Assembly: GCA_944393045.1 (NCBI GenBank)
Contig: CALXYT010000005.1
Location: 1-64,000 of the forward strand
Reading direction: 5' to 3'
DNA from: an uncultured Succinivibrionaceae bacterium
GTDB taxonomy: Bacteria; Pseudomonadota; Gammaproteobacteria; Enterobacterales; Succinivibrionaceae
DNA length: 64,000 nt
In this document: positions 41,834 through 50,795 of the stretch, in pieces
Layout: every line of letters starts with the position of its first letter
Position numbering within the stretch: position 1 is the first letter of the stretch
Program-made: the position numbers and the translations under genes
The notes under the pieces: generated by a model
The model's database searches: none
What the model was told of the DNA's origin: nothing
Seen by the model: the letters and a program-made list of their open reading frames with translations, nothing else

Positions 41834-43318
41834 ATGAATAAGAATTTACAGTTTAAAAAGTGCCTGTTAAGTATGATCGTTGCTTCATCAGTAGTATTTG
41901 CAAGTGAAGCTCTGGCAGAGGAGGCTGTTTTAGGGCAATCAACTCCTGTTACCACAGGACAAGAGCTTGCAATGAGTAATGTAGCATCACAATCAAAGGT
42001 TGATTTATCAAATATTGGTACTGAATTAAACGATGTATCCCAAACTGATGATAAGTTATTACAAGACGCTCCTCAAGAAGTTAAGCAAAATGTATTATTA
42101 GATGTTTTAGTGCAGCAAAAAATCGATAACTTCTTAGCAGATCATGGTATTTCTAATGGTTTTGGGAAATCTGCGGATACTGAAGGCAAAATTGGTTTTG
42201 GGGCTGCACAAATTGTTGATAAACCAGTTTCTCATGCTGAATATGCTAAGTATCGTGTAATGGCTTATGAAAAAGCTTACGAAAAAGCATTAAAGACTTT
42301 TATTCAAGATAATGCAGTAATGATTCAGGCGCAAACTTTATCAGAACTTTATACTGACGCCTCAACTCCAATGCCCCCTGAAACCGTATTAAAAGAAGGT
42401 AAAGGTTCATTTGGGGCTTTATGGGATAAGGTAGTAGCTTTAGCAGATTCTGAAGTTAGTGGCATGCTTGAGAAAAATGGCGTTGATCCAAAGCAGTATA
42501 ATGCTCGCAATCCTGATCAAAAGAAAGAGCTTATTCGTGATATGATTGCCAAAAAAGAAGTAGCTAATATTGCCAAGACTCTATCTGGTTTAACTGTGGC
42601 GCAGACCTTCTTTGAGGTTAATGGTGAAGATTCAGCTGTGGGGGTTGTGATTTTCTATTCACCAAAGACTCAGGCTTTGGCTGAAAGCTTACGTGCAGGT
42701 TTAAAGCCTGCAATTAACAATACTGGTAAGGCTTTGACTGACCTTTTACCATTAAATGAACCTGCCAAGCTTTACGATATGATTGGTACCAGATTATTAG
42801 TAGATGAAACTGGTCCAGTTATTGTAAGTTTTGGGCAATGGGCAAATGTAAGTACTGCAAATTCTCAATCAGTAAAGGCTCGTTATAGAAATGCAGCTAT
42901 TAGACAAGCAGATCAGATGTCTTTAAGTCAGATAGCATCATTTTTAAACTTAAGCTTTAGTGCAAAAAATGAAACTGAACGTAGTTCTCTTTTAGTAGAG
43001 GCGGCTATTACCGATGGGGATACTGGTATGATTACCAATGAAAGCAGAAGCCAAATCGTTGATATTGTAAGAGAACATTCAAGATCTCGTGCCAGTGAGT
43101 TATTACGTGGTGCAAGAACTCTTAAGCAGTGGGTATATATCACTCCTCAAGGTCAAGAGGTAGTAGGGGTAATCAAGGCTTATAGTTTTGCAAGTATGCA
43201 GCAGGCCATTAATATGGGCAAGAAAACTATTAACTCTAATAATCCTAACACCACCAACAGTGCTGCCGGTACAAGTTCTCGTCAAGGTGAGGTAGTTACT
43301 GACTTTAATGTATTTTAG
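41834..43318 (+). CDS. Hypothetical secreted protein (494 aa)
   Basis: Signal peptide (…FASEALA|EEA). Gene start 19 bp after the preceding stop, so probably co-transcribed. No family recognised. Confidence 0.5.
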   Translation: MNKNLQFKKCLLSMIVASSVVFASEALAEEAVLGQSTPVTTGQELAMSNVASQSKVDLSNIGTELNDVSQTDDKLLQDAPQEVKQNVLLDVLVQQKIDNFLADHGISNGFGKSADTEGKIGFGAAQIVDKPVSHAEYAKYRVMAYEKAYEKALKTFIQDNAVMIQAQTLSELYTDASTPMPPETVLKEGKGSFGALWDKVVALADSEVSGMLEKNGVDPKQYNARNPDQKKELIRDMIAKKEVANIAKTLSGLTVAQTFFEVNGEDSAVGVVIFYSPKTQALAESLRAGLKPAINNTGKALTDLLPLNEPAKLYDMIGTRLLVDETGPVIVSFGQWANVSTANSQSVKARYRNAAIRQADQMSLSQIASFLNLSFSAKNETERSSLLVEAAITDGDTGMITNESRSQIVDIVREHSRSRASELLRGARTLKQWVYITPQGQEVVGVIKAYSFASMQQAINMGKKTINSNNPNTTNSAAGTSSRQGEVVTDFNVF

Positions 43319-43416
43319 TATATAAAGCCGTACTCATTATTATTCCCACTATCATCATGGTGGGAATATAAGATATAAAGATGTAAGTTACAAGTTACTT
43401 TGAAAAAATTAATCAT

Positions 43417-44868
43417 ATGAAGATAAAACTAATTATTCCGCTTTTATGTTTGCTTTTTAGTATAACAGGTTGCGCCACAAGAAGTGATTCATTGGGCCTG
43501 ACTGATAATTCAGATATCTTCACAAATTATTCTCAATCTTATAAGCCTGCAAGAGAGGCATTATTAGCTGGTAATACTACTGATATTATTCAGAGATTTA
43601 AACTTCGTTTTACCACAGAAGATGGTGTAAAGCTTTCGCGTGATGAAATGCTCGATCTTATGATTGAGAACGATAGCGCTCTTTCGATGATAGAAAAAGG
43701 ACTTATTTTATTAAATAGTGGGGAATTTGAGACAGCGTTAATTTTTTTTGATGCCGCAGAAAAGTCTATTAAATTAGATGAGGAAGAAGGCTTTACTGCT
43801 GGTGATTTCTTAAAGTCTAGTGTTTCAGTATTATTTGGTACTGAAGAGTTAGAGGATTATGAATTACGTAGTTATGAAAAAGTAATGATGCTCAATTACA
43901 AGGCATTATGTTATATGCTCTTAGGGGATCGTAAAGCATATAATGTAACTCGTAGAGCTATTGATTTACAGCAAAGAGAATGGGAAAAATTTAAAGCCAA
44001 GCAACTAGAATTACAAAAAGATATTGAAGAAGAAAAGCGCATAGCTAATAACGAAAATAAAGATACTGATATTGACGTAGATACCTTATCGCAACAGGCA
44101 AAAGAAGAGGCTAAATTAGTTACTAGTGCTTATGTTAATCCATTTAGTGATTATATGAACGGTCTACTGATGGAATTAGATAGCTTTGAGGATGTGGCTA
44201 TTGGTGATAATGCTAGTATTTCATATAGTAAAGTTATTGCTAATAATAAACGCTGCAAAGCTGCAAAAGAGGCAATAAAGGATTTAAAAAAGTCCAAAAA
44301 ACCAAGAGGTAAAAAGTTAGTACAGGTACTTTTAGCTGATGGTTTTGCGCCAACACGCGATATAGTTACTAAAGATATTGAAGGTTTTGCGACAGTAAAT
44401 TTTGCGGATCCTGTTGAAGTTCCTTCTATGGTCGAAAGCGCAAAAGTTATTGTAAAGCGCAAAAAATATAACTTCTCCTCATTAAGTGAAATTCAGGCTA
44501 TTGTTTATCGTGATGAAATGGATAATTTACTTTATCGTTATTTCATGGTGCTTGGACAGATGCTCCGTTCTGGATTTTTATATGTTGATGGAGAAGAGGG
44601 GGGTGGCTTATTAAATAAGCTTATAACAAGACTCCAGGTGCCTGATACTCGCTCTTGGTTATCATTACCTAAGAAGGTGCAGGTAGCTAGATTTTTTGTG
44701 CCAAATAAAGTTAATGAAATAACAATACAGACTTTTGATAAAAATAGTGGTAAGTTAGCATCAGTAGATATAGCTCTTGCTAAGAAGGGACCTACCGTTG
44801 TTTATGCTGTTAGCTACGATAAGTCATTAAAGGCTTATGCTAATATGAAGTCTTGGATTGATGAGTAA
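43417..44868 (+). CDS. Hypothetical lipoprotein with a helical (TPR-like) N-terminal region (483 aa)
   Basis: Lipobox FSITGC. A helical repeat-like N-terminal third, a charged Lys/Glu-rich linker, then a C-terminal α/β region. No family recognised. Confidence 0.5.
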   Translation: MKIKLIIPLLCLLFSITGCATRSDSLGLTDNSDIFTNYSQSYKPAREALLAGNTTDIIQRFKLRFTTEDGVKLSRDEMLDLMIENDSALSMIEKGLILLNSGEFETALIFFDAAEKSIKLDEEEGFTAGDFLKSSVSVLFGTEELEDYELRSYEKVMMLNYKALCYMLLGDRKAYNVTRRAIDLQQREWEKFKAKQLELQKDIEEEKRIANNENKDTDIDVDTLSQQAKEEAKLVTSAYVNPFSDYMNGLLMELDSFEDVAIGDNASISYSKVIANNKRCKAAKEAIKDLKKSKKPRGKKLVQVLLADGFAPTRDIVTKDIEGFATVNFADPVEVPSMVESAKVIVKRKKYNFSSLSEIQAIVYRDEMDNLLYRYFMVLGQMLRSGFLYVDGEEGGGLLNKLITRLQVPDTRSWLSLPKKVQVARFFVPNKVNEITIQTFDKNSGKLASVDIALAKKGPTVVYAVSYDKSLKAYANMKSWIDE

Positions 44869-44890
44869 TAATTAAAATTAAGGGAAGATA

Positions 44891-45349
44891 ATGAAAACTA
44901 AATTACTATTAGCTATGGCAGTAATGCTTTCATTAGGTGGCTGCGCGTCTAATAATACCGAGCAAGAAGTGCAAGTTCCATTAGAGATTCGTTCTAATCC
45001 TCAGCTTGCCATTATCTATTCAGATGAAATGGCTGCCAGAGCACTGGTACCAATGAGTATTAATGTTGATAATTCACAAAAATTACCACGAGCTGTGGTG
45101 CGCATGAAAAATCGTGCTACTATTGATGTTCCAATGGAATATCAGGTGCAGTGGGAAGATGCTTATGGAGCACCTATTCAGATTAAGGCTGCCTGGCAAA
45201 GAATGGTAATGCCTGCAAATGCCGAAAAAACTATTGTTAATCTTGGTAAGAGCGAAGATGCTAAAACTGCTACTATTCACATTCGTTTAGCAACTGATGT
45301 AGAAATTTGGGTACCATATCCTGATCCGGTAGAGTTAATTAGACAGTAG
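44891..45349 (+). CDS. ycfL: YcfL-family lipoprotein (DUF1425)
   Basis: Lipobox SLGGC. YQVQWEDAYGAPI matches the YcfL YRFYWYDERG core. Sits immediately upstream of lpoB, as in E. coli. Confidence 0.6.
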   Translation: MKTKLLLAMAVMLSLGGCASNNTEQEVQVPLEIRSNPQLAIIYSDEMAARALVPMSINVDNSQKLPRAVVRMKNRATIDVPMEYQVQWEDAYGAPIQIKAAWQRMVMPANAEKTIVNLGKSEDAKTATIHIRLATDVEIWVPYPDPVELIRQ

Positions 45350-45366
45350 GAAAAATAATTAAGGAG

Positions 45367-45894
45367 ATGCTTGTGAAATTATTAACATCAGTAGTACTTA
45401 CATTATCTGCACTAACTGCTTTAACAGCATGTTCAAGAAATGATGCTTATTATGGTAGAACTACCAGTGTTTCCATAGTTGATTCATCAGAACGTTTAAA
45501 GTTAAATACTAAAATTAGCTTATCAGATGTTATTGCTTTTGCGGAAAATCTTACTAATAAGATGCTCACCTCAAAGTATATTGCACGTGCTAAGAAGCCA
45601 CCACGAGTGATTGTGGCAGAACTACGCCAAAATACTCATGATGAAAATCTTCGTATTGAGGATATTCAGGACCGCATTACTGAGGTGTTGTTAAACTCAG
45701 CTCAAGTGCGTATTGTAGATGAAAGCGCAAATCGTTTTGATTATATTATGCGTACCGAAATTACTGATATGATAACTTATGCGCCTGATGGACAGAAGTT
45801 AGTAGATTACACCATGAAAATTAAGCTTTTTGATATAAATGGAGAGCTTAAAGGTCAGTGGTCTGATGATTTATCCTTGTTTAAGAATAGATAG
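45367..45894 (+). CDS. lpoB: Penicillin-binding protein activator LpoB-family lipoprotein
   Basis: Lipobox ALTAC. Matches the E. coli LpoB C-terminal domain pattern (AENLTNKML…RVIVAELRQNTHDENLRIEDIQDRITEVLLNSAQVRIVD…ANRFDYIMRTEITDM). The true start may be the GTG at 45373, which has AAGGAG 6 nt upstream. Confidence 0.65.
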   Translation: MLVKLLTSVVLTLSALTALTACSRNDAYYGRTTSVSIVDSSERLKLNTKISLSDVIAFAENLTNKMLTSKYIARAKKPPRVIVAELRQNTHDENLRIEDIQDRITEVLLNSAQVRIVDESANRFDYIMRTEITDMITYAPDGQKLVDYTMKIKLFDINGELKGQWSDDLSLFKNR

Positions 45895-45940
45895 TTAAGG
45901 GTTGAAAGGATTATTCTTAAAAGGAATAATAAATAAGAGT

Positions 45941-45971
45941 AACGGGTAAGTATGAGCTTATCCGTTTTTTA
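45941..45971 (+). terminator. Rho-independent terminator after lpoB
   Basis: Stem aacgggtaag / cttatccgtt (one G·U pair), 6-nt loop, then TTTTTTATT. Confidence 0.6.
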
Positions 45972-46079
45972 TTGGTAGTAACTATTGGTATTTAATTTAG
46001 TAGCCACAATAACAGCAAATACTAAGTAGCAAATACTAGATAGCTAAAAGGTAAAAACTAAAAGTAAAGATAAACTTAA

Positions 46080-46883
46080 TTAAAAAGTCCTTTCCACAAT
46101 GGTTTTTGGGAAAAGGGCAGTTATTACATCTTTAAGTTCATCGGTGTAATTTACGCCACTCATAGACATGGATAATACTTCTTTAATGCCTCGAGCTTTT
46201 AAATGACTAAAGATGGTAATCCAGTTTGAGAGTGATTCTTTTGGCATAAAAGGAAGACCCAGCATACTTGCATGTCCCTCAAAATCCAGTCCCAGAATAA
46301 GAAATGCTATATGGTTTTGCATTTCTCCTTCTTGATTAGGAAGCTCTACATAAATTCTTGATACTAATATATTTGAGTAGGAAGATTTTAATTTTTTGAT
46401 AAGCCATTTTTTTATGGAATTAGCAACAGCGTCTTTTATAAGGTCAATTTTTTCTTGGGGTAATAAAGAGGTATAAAGGTCATTGATAATAGGAGTGATA
46501 TCTTTTTGGTTCATTCCTTGGGTATATAACGCCAATACCTTACTATCTCTCCATAAAACATCAGTTTGTCTTTTAGAGATGATAATAGGTTTAAAGGTTG
46601 CCTCTCTATCACGAGGGTTTTTTATAATAATTTTACCAAAAGTTCCGTTAATAGTTTTTAGGGTGTGACCATTACGTCTATTAGCTGTGTTTTTTGGGGA
46701 GGTATCATTTTTTCTAAAACCTATATGAGCTTCAAGTTCAGCGTTAAGTAAGCTCTCAAAAATAAGAGTATAAGCCTCCTGCAAACCTTGGTGATGATCT
46801 AAAAAAGAAAGTTGGTGTTCTAATTTAGAAGTTTGATTATTGTTTGGCATGTCATTTCGATTTTGCAAGGAGGTTTTTGTCAT
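46080..46883 (-). pseudogene. IS256-family (Mutator-type) transposase, N-terminal ~2/3 fragment; IS remnant
   Basis: LEAHIGF…NRRNGH…KTINGTFGKIIIKNPRDREATFKP…ISKRQ follows the IS256 transposase N-terminal signature. The C-terminal W..IF..LK.RG…MSMSGV…ITALFPKTIVER region is present, but the ORF stops before the rest of the catalytic domain. Only ~180 bp remain before lpoB, so the element is truncated. I did not identify inverted repeats. Confidence 0.65.
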
Positions 46884-46975
46884 GCTTTTTTGTCCATTTT
46901 CCCTAGAGTATTTAAGTGTTACTAAACTTAATTGGGTTACTTTACTTTGTTAAGTTAAGTATTTATCTACTTTAT

Positions 46976-48436
46976 TTACAATTGTTCCTTTTCTTTTTTA
47001 GTATCATAACGAGCAATCTTAAAGCCAATAAAGGCAAAGAATATCGCTAAAAATGGGTTTATGATATTAAAGAAGCAGTAAGGCAGATATTCATAAGTAG
47101 AAATACCTAATACTCCTGAAATATATACTGCACAAGTATTCCATGGCACTAAAACTGAGGTGATAGTACCACCATCTTCAAGGGATCTAGATAGAGCGGT
47201 TGGTTTTAAATTAAGTCTTTTATATGATTCAGCATACATTCTACCTGGCATAATAATAGACATGTACTGATCGCCTGTCACAAAGTTTATCCCAAAAGAG
47301 GTAAAGATAGTTGTGGTAATAACACTTCTTGCAGAATTGGTAAAATGTAAAAAGCGACTAATTAAAAAGTTTAAGGCTCCATTTGCCTCCATAGCTGATC
47401 CGAAAGAAAGAGCCGCAAGCACCAAGAAAATGGTGTTGAGCATTTTTGTCATGCCACCGCCACTTAATAGGCTATTTAAAGCTGTGTTATCAGAATGAAA
47501 GGCAACGCCATTAGCAGCAACTTTCCATAAGTTAATTAAATTTGAGCCAATAGAGGATGATTCATTAAAAATCTGCGCAAGAGCCTGAGGCTGTAAAAAT
47601 AAGGCTACTAAGACACCTGCTAAAATTCCCATAAAGATAGTAAGTAGTGTTGGCAGTTTTAAGACTGCAAAAACTATTAACACCAGTAAGGGGATTAAAT
47701 TAAATACCGAAATCCTAAAACTTGCAGAAAGCTCATCGATAAGTGTTAAATTAACATCAGTAGCTGAAACATCGGTATAAAAGCCAATAAACATAAAAAT
47801 AATAACAGCGATAATAAAGCTTGGTACAGTAGTCCAGAGCATGTTTTTTATATGACCAAAAAGGTTAGTTTCAGCAACAGCTGCTGCTAAATTAGTAGTT
47901 TCAGAAATAGGTGAGAGTTTATCACCCAAATACGCCCCAGAAATTATGGCTCCGGCAGTAATTACTGGATCAAGTCCTAGAGTCTGAGCCATACCGATAA
48001 AAGCCACACCAATAGTACCTGAGGTAGTCCATGAGCTACCAATACTTAAGGCAACCAGGGCGCTGGTAATAATAGTGCAGGCATAAAACCATTTAACAGA
48101 GATGATATTAACACCATAATAAATGATGGTTGCCACAGTACCTGAGGTAAGCCAAACACCAATTAAGGCACCAATAAAGAGTAAAATTAGACATGCACCA
48201 ATAGCTGAGCTAATACCTCTAACGATACCTTCTTCAAGTTGTTCATATTTCTGTCCTCGATAAATCCCCATAACAATGGCAACTAAAGTGCCAATAAATA
48301 GGGCTATTTGATTAGTACCACTTGAGGCGTCTTCTTTAAATACCAAAACGCTTGTTGCTAGTAAGCTAACAAGTACTATAATCGGAAAAAGTGCAGTAAA
48401 TAGATTATGGGGCTTTAAAAGAGTATGATGTGTCAT
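46976..48436 (-). CDS. nhaC: Na+/H+ antiporter, NhaC family
   Basis: About 12 transmembrane helices in NhaC-like arrangement. The ORF track extends to 48535, but the internal ATG at 48436 (MTHHTLLKP…) gives a typical 487-aa protein and leaves a 116-bp divergent promoter region with rlmL. Confidence 0.7.
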   Translation of the reverse strand: MTHHTLLKPHNLFTALFPIIVLVSLLATSVLVFKEDASSGTNQIALFIGTLVAIVMGIYRGQKYEQLEEGIVRGISSAIGACLILLFIGALIGVWLTSGTVATIIYYGVNIISVKWFYACTIITSALVALSIGSSWTTSGTIGVAFIGMAQTLGLDPVITAGAIISGAYLGDKLSPISETTNLAAAVAETNLFGHIKNMLWTTVPSFIIAVIIFMFIGFYTDVSATDVNLTLIDELSASFRISVFNLIPLLVLIVFAVLKLPTLLTIFMGILAGVLVALFLQPQALAQIFNESSSIGSNLINLWKVAANGVAFHSDNTALNSLLSGGGMTKMLNTIFLVLAALSFGSAMEANGALNFLISRFLHFTNSARSVITTTIFTSFGINFVTGDQYMSIIMPGRMYAESYKRLNLKPTALSRSLEDGGTITSVLVPWNTCAVYISGVLGISTYEYLPYCFFNIINPFLAIFFAFIGFKIARYDTKKEKEQL

Positions 48437-48552
48437 GCCTATCGCTTCTGTAAATAAAAATATTTTATGCCATTTTACCAATTTCTCATAGCTTTGGGGA
48501 TTTTTTGGTATAATAATCCCGATTTTTTTATGCATTTATAGACGGAACGTTA

Positions 48553-50784
48553 ATGTTTAAATATTTTGCTACATGTCCGAGGGGACTTGAAGGTTTATTA
48601 CAAGATGAGCTCATTTCTTTAGGTGCTCAGAATGTGACCCAGACTGTAAGTGGTGTCAGTTTTACAGGTGATGCGCAAGTTGGTATTAAAGCTTGTTTAT
48701 GGAGTAGATTTGCCTCCAGAGTATTACTTAAATTAGTTTCCTACCATGCAGGTAGTGACCTTGAACTTTATATGGGTGCCTATAATATTAGGTATGAGGA
48801 TTATTTTACAGTAGACTCTACTATTATGGTAAGTTTTAATGGGCAAAATGATTTTATTCGTCATACCAATTACGGTGCGTTACGTATTAAAGATGCTATC
48901 TGCGATCATTTTGTAAAACTTTGTGATAAACGCCCAAATGTTGATAAAGATAAGCCTGATGTGCGCATTAACGTTCATTTAGATAAAAGAAATGAGGTAA
49001 CTTTATCCTTAGATTTATCAGGCAATGCTCTTCATAGACGTAATTACCGTGAAGCGCAAGGTGTAGCTCCCTTAAAAGAAAACTTGTCAGCAGCAATAGT
49101 TGCTCGTAGCGGCTACACTGGTGGTAATGTTATTGACCCTATGTGTGGTAGTGGTACTTTACTTATTGAGGCTGCTATGAAAGCTGCCCAAATTGCCCCT
49201 GGTATTTACCGTCAGAACTTTGGTTTTACAAAACTTAAATGTTTTAAGTATGCTGACTTTTTAGCAGAAAAAGAAAAAGCCCAAGAAATTGCTAAGGCTT
49301 CTATTGAACGCTTAAAAAAGGCACAAGTATCCTTTATCGGGTTTGATAATGATCCATCGGTAATTGCTAAGGCTAAAGAGAATGTTGAACGAGCAGGTCT
49401 CGGTGGGTTAATTGATATTCGTCTGCAAGACTTAAATGATTTAACCAACCCAATTACTGATAAAGCCAAAGGCACTATTATCTGTAACCCCCCTTATGGT
49501 GAAAGATTAGGAAATTTTGCGCAATTACTTAAAGTTTATACTACCTTAGGTATGCGCATTAAAGAGCATTTTAAAGGTTATAAAGTTGCAATTATTTCCT
49601 CTGATGAAAAGTTATTAGGATGCTTACGCTTAAGAGCAAATAAAGTTTATAAGCTCTTTAATGGTGCACTTGCCTGTCAGCTTCGAGTTTTTGAGATAAA
49701 CGATGAGCAAAATGATAAGGTAAATGATAAGGCAACCACTCAGGAAAACATGCAAGACAAGGCACCAGAAAACAGCCAAGATGCACAGGTTAAGCCTCTT
49801 TATGATGAAAAGCCTGTAAATAAAGATGCTAAAACTAAAGCACTCGTTGCTATTGAGTTTGCCAATCGTCTCCAGAAGAATATTAAATACCTTGATAAAT
49901 GGGCTAAAAAAGAAGGTATTGATGCTTACCGTATTTATGATGCTGATTTACCAAATTATGCGGCAGCCATCGATCGCTATGGTGATTATATTGTTATTAA
50001 CGAATATCAAGCACCTAAGAATATCCCTGAATATGAGGCACGTGAGCGCTTCTTAGATATGATTCAGGCAGTAGTTGAGGTAACGCATGTTGATGGCGAC
50101 AAAGTAATTTTAAAAGTGCGTGAGCGTAAAAAAGGTGAGGCGCAATACGAAAAACTCTCCGATAGTAAACATACCTTACTTATTCGTGAATATGGGGCAG
50201 TGTTTATTGTAAATCTTTGGGATTATTTAGATACAGGTCTGTTTTTAGATCATCGCCTAACTAGACGCCTAATTATGAAAGAAGCGCAAGGGAAAGACTT
50301 TTTAAATGTCTTTGCCTATACAGGTTCTGCTACTGTCTATGCAGCTTTAGGCGGAGCAAAAACTACTACCACGGTCGATATGAGCCGCACGTATTTAAAC
50401 TGGGCTAAAGATAACTTAAAAGCTAATAATATTCCATTAGCTAATCATTTATTTGTGCAAGAAGATTGCATTGAGTGGTTAAAACATGCATCAGAGAAAT
50501 ACGATTTAATTTTTGCGGACCCTCCAACTTTCTCTAACTCTAAACGTATGCAGGATATTTTTGATGTGCAGCGTGATCATGTTTCTTTGCTACAAAGTTT
50601 AAGTGCCTTACTAAAAGAGGGCGGTAAGATTATTTTCTCTAATAATAACCGAAACTTTAATATGGATTTTGAGGGACTTAAGGAGATTGGTTTACAAGTT
50701 TCAGATATTACTGCTAAAACCATTCCTCAAGATTTTAAACGTAACAAAAAAATACATCATTGCTACATTGTAACAAAGGTATAG
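48553..50784 (+). CDS. rlmL: Bifunctional 23S rRNA m2G2445/m7G2069 methyltransferase RlmKL (RlmL)
   Basis: N-terminal THUMP plus first methyltransferase domain (DPMCGSGTLLIEAAM, NPPYGERL), then a second C-terminal methyltransferase domain (DPPTFSNSK). A ~50-aa low-complexity insert (NDEQNDKVNDKATTQENMQDK…) lies between the domains. Confidence 0.9.
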   Translation: MFKYFATCPRGLEGLLQDELISLGAQNVTQTVSGVSFTGDAQVGIKACLWSRFASRVLLKLVSYHAGSDLELYMGAYNIRYEDYFTVDSTIMVSFNGQNDFIRHTNYGALRIKDAICDHFVKLCDKRPNVDKDKPDVRINVHLDKRNEVTLSLDLSGNALHRRNYREAQGVAPLKENLSAAIVARSGYTGGNVIDPMCGSGTLLIEAAMKAAQIAPGIYRQNFGFTKLKCFKYADFLAEKEKAQEIAKASIERLKKAQVSFIGFDNDPSVIAKAKENVERAGLGGLIDIRLQDLNDLTNPITDKAKGTIICNPPYGERLGNFAQLLKVYTTLGMRIKEHFKGYKVAIISSDEKLLGCLRLRANKVYKLFNGALACQLRVFEINDEQNDKVNDKATTQENMQDKAPENSQDAQVKPLYDEKPVNKDAKTKALVAIEFANRLQKNIKYLDKWAKKEGIDAYRIYDADLPNYAAAIDRYGDYIVINEYQAPKNIPEYEARERFLDMIQAVVEVTHVDGDKVILKVRERKKGEAQYEKLSDSKHTLLIREYGAVFIVNLWDYLDTGLFLDHRLTRRLIMKEAQGKDFLNVFAYTGSATVYAALGGAKTTTTVDMSRTYLNWAKDNLKANNIPLANHLFVQEDCIEWLKHASEKYDLIFADPPTFSNSKRMQDIFDVQRDHVSLLQSLSALLKEGGKIIFSNNNRNFNMDFEGLKEIGLQVSDITAKTIPQDFKRNKKIHHCYIVTKV

Positions 50785-50795
50785 GATAACTAGTA

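Noticed and set aside
46976-48535. Longer NhaC start (519 aa) given in the ORF track
   Set aside because: It would leave only 17 bp between the divergent nhaC and rlmL starts and adds a non-hydrophobic 33-aa N-terminus. The internal ATG at 48436 gives a canonical-size transporter. The longer form is kept as an alternative only.
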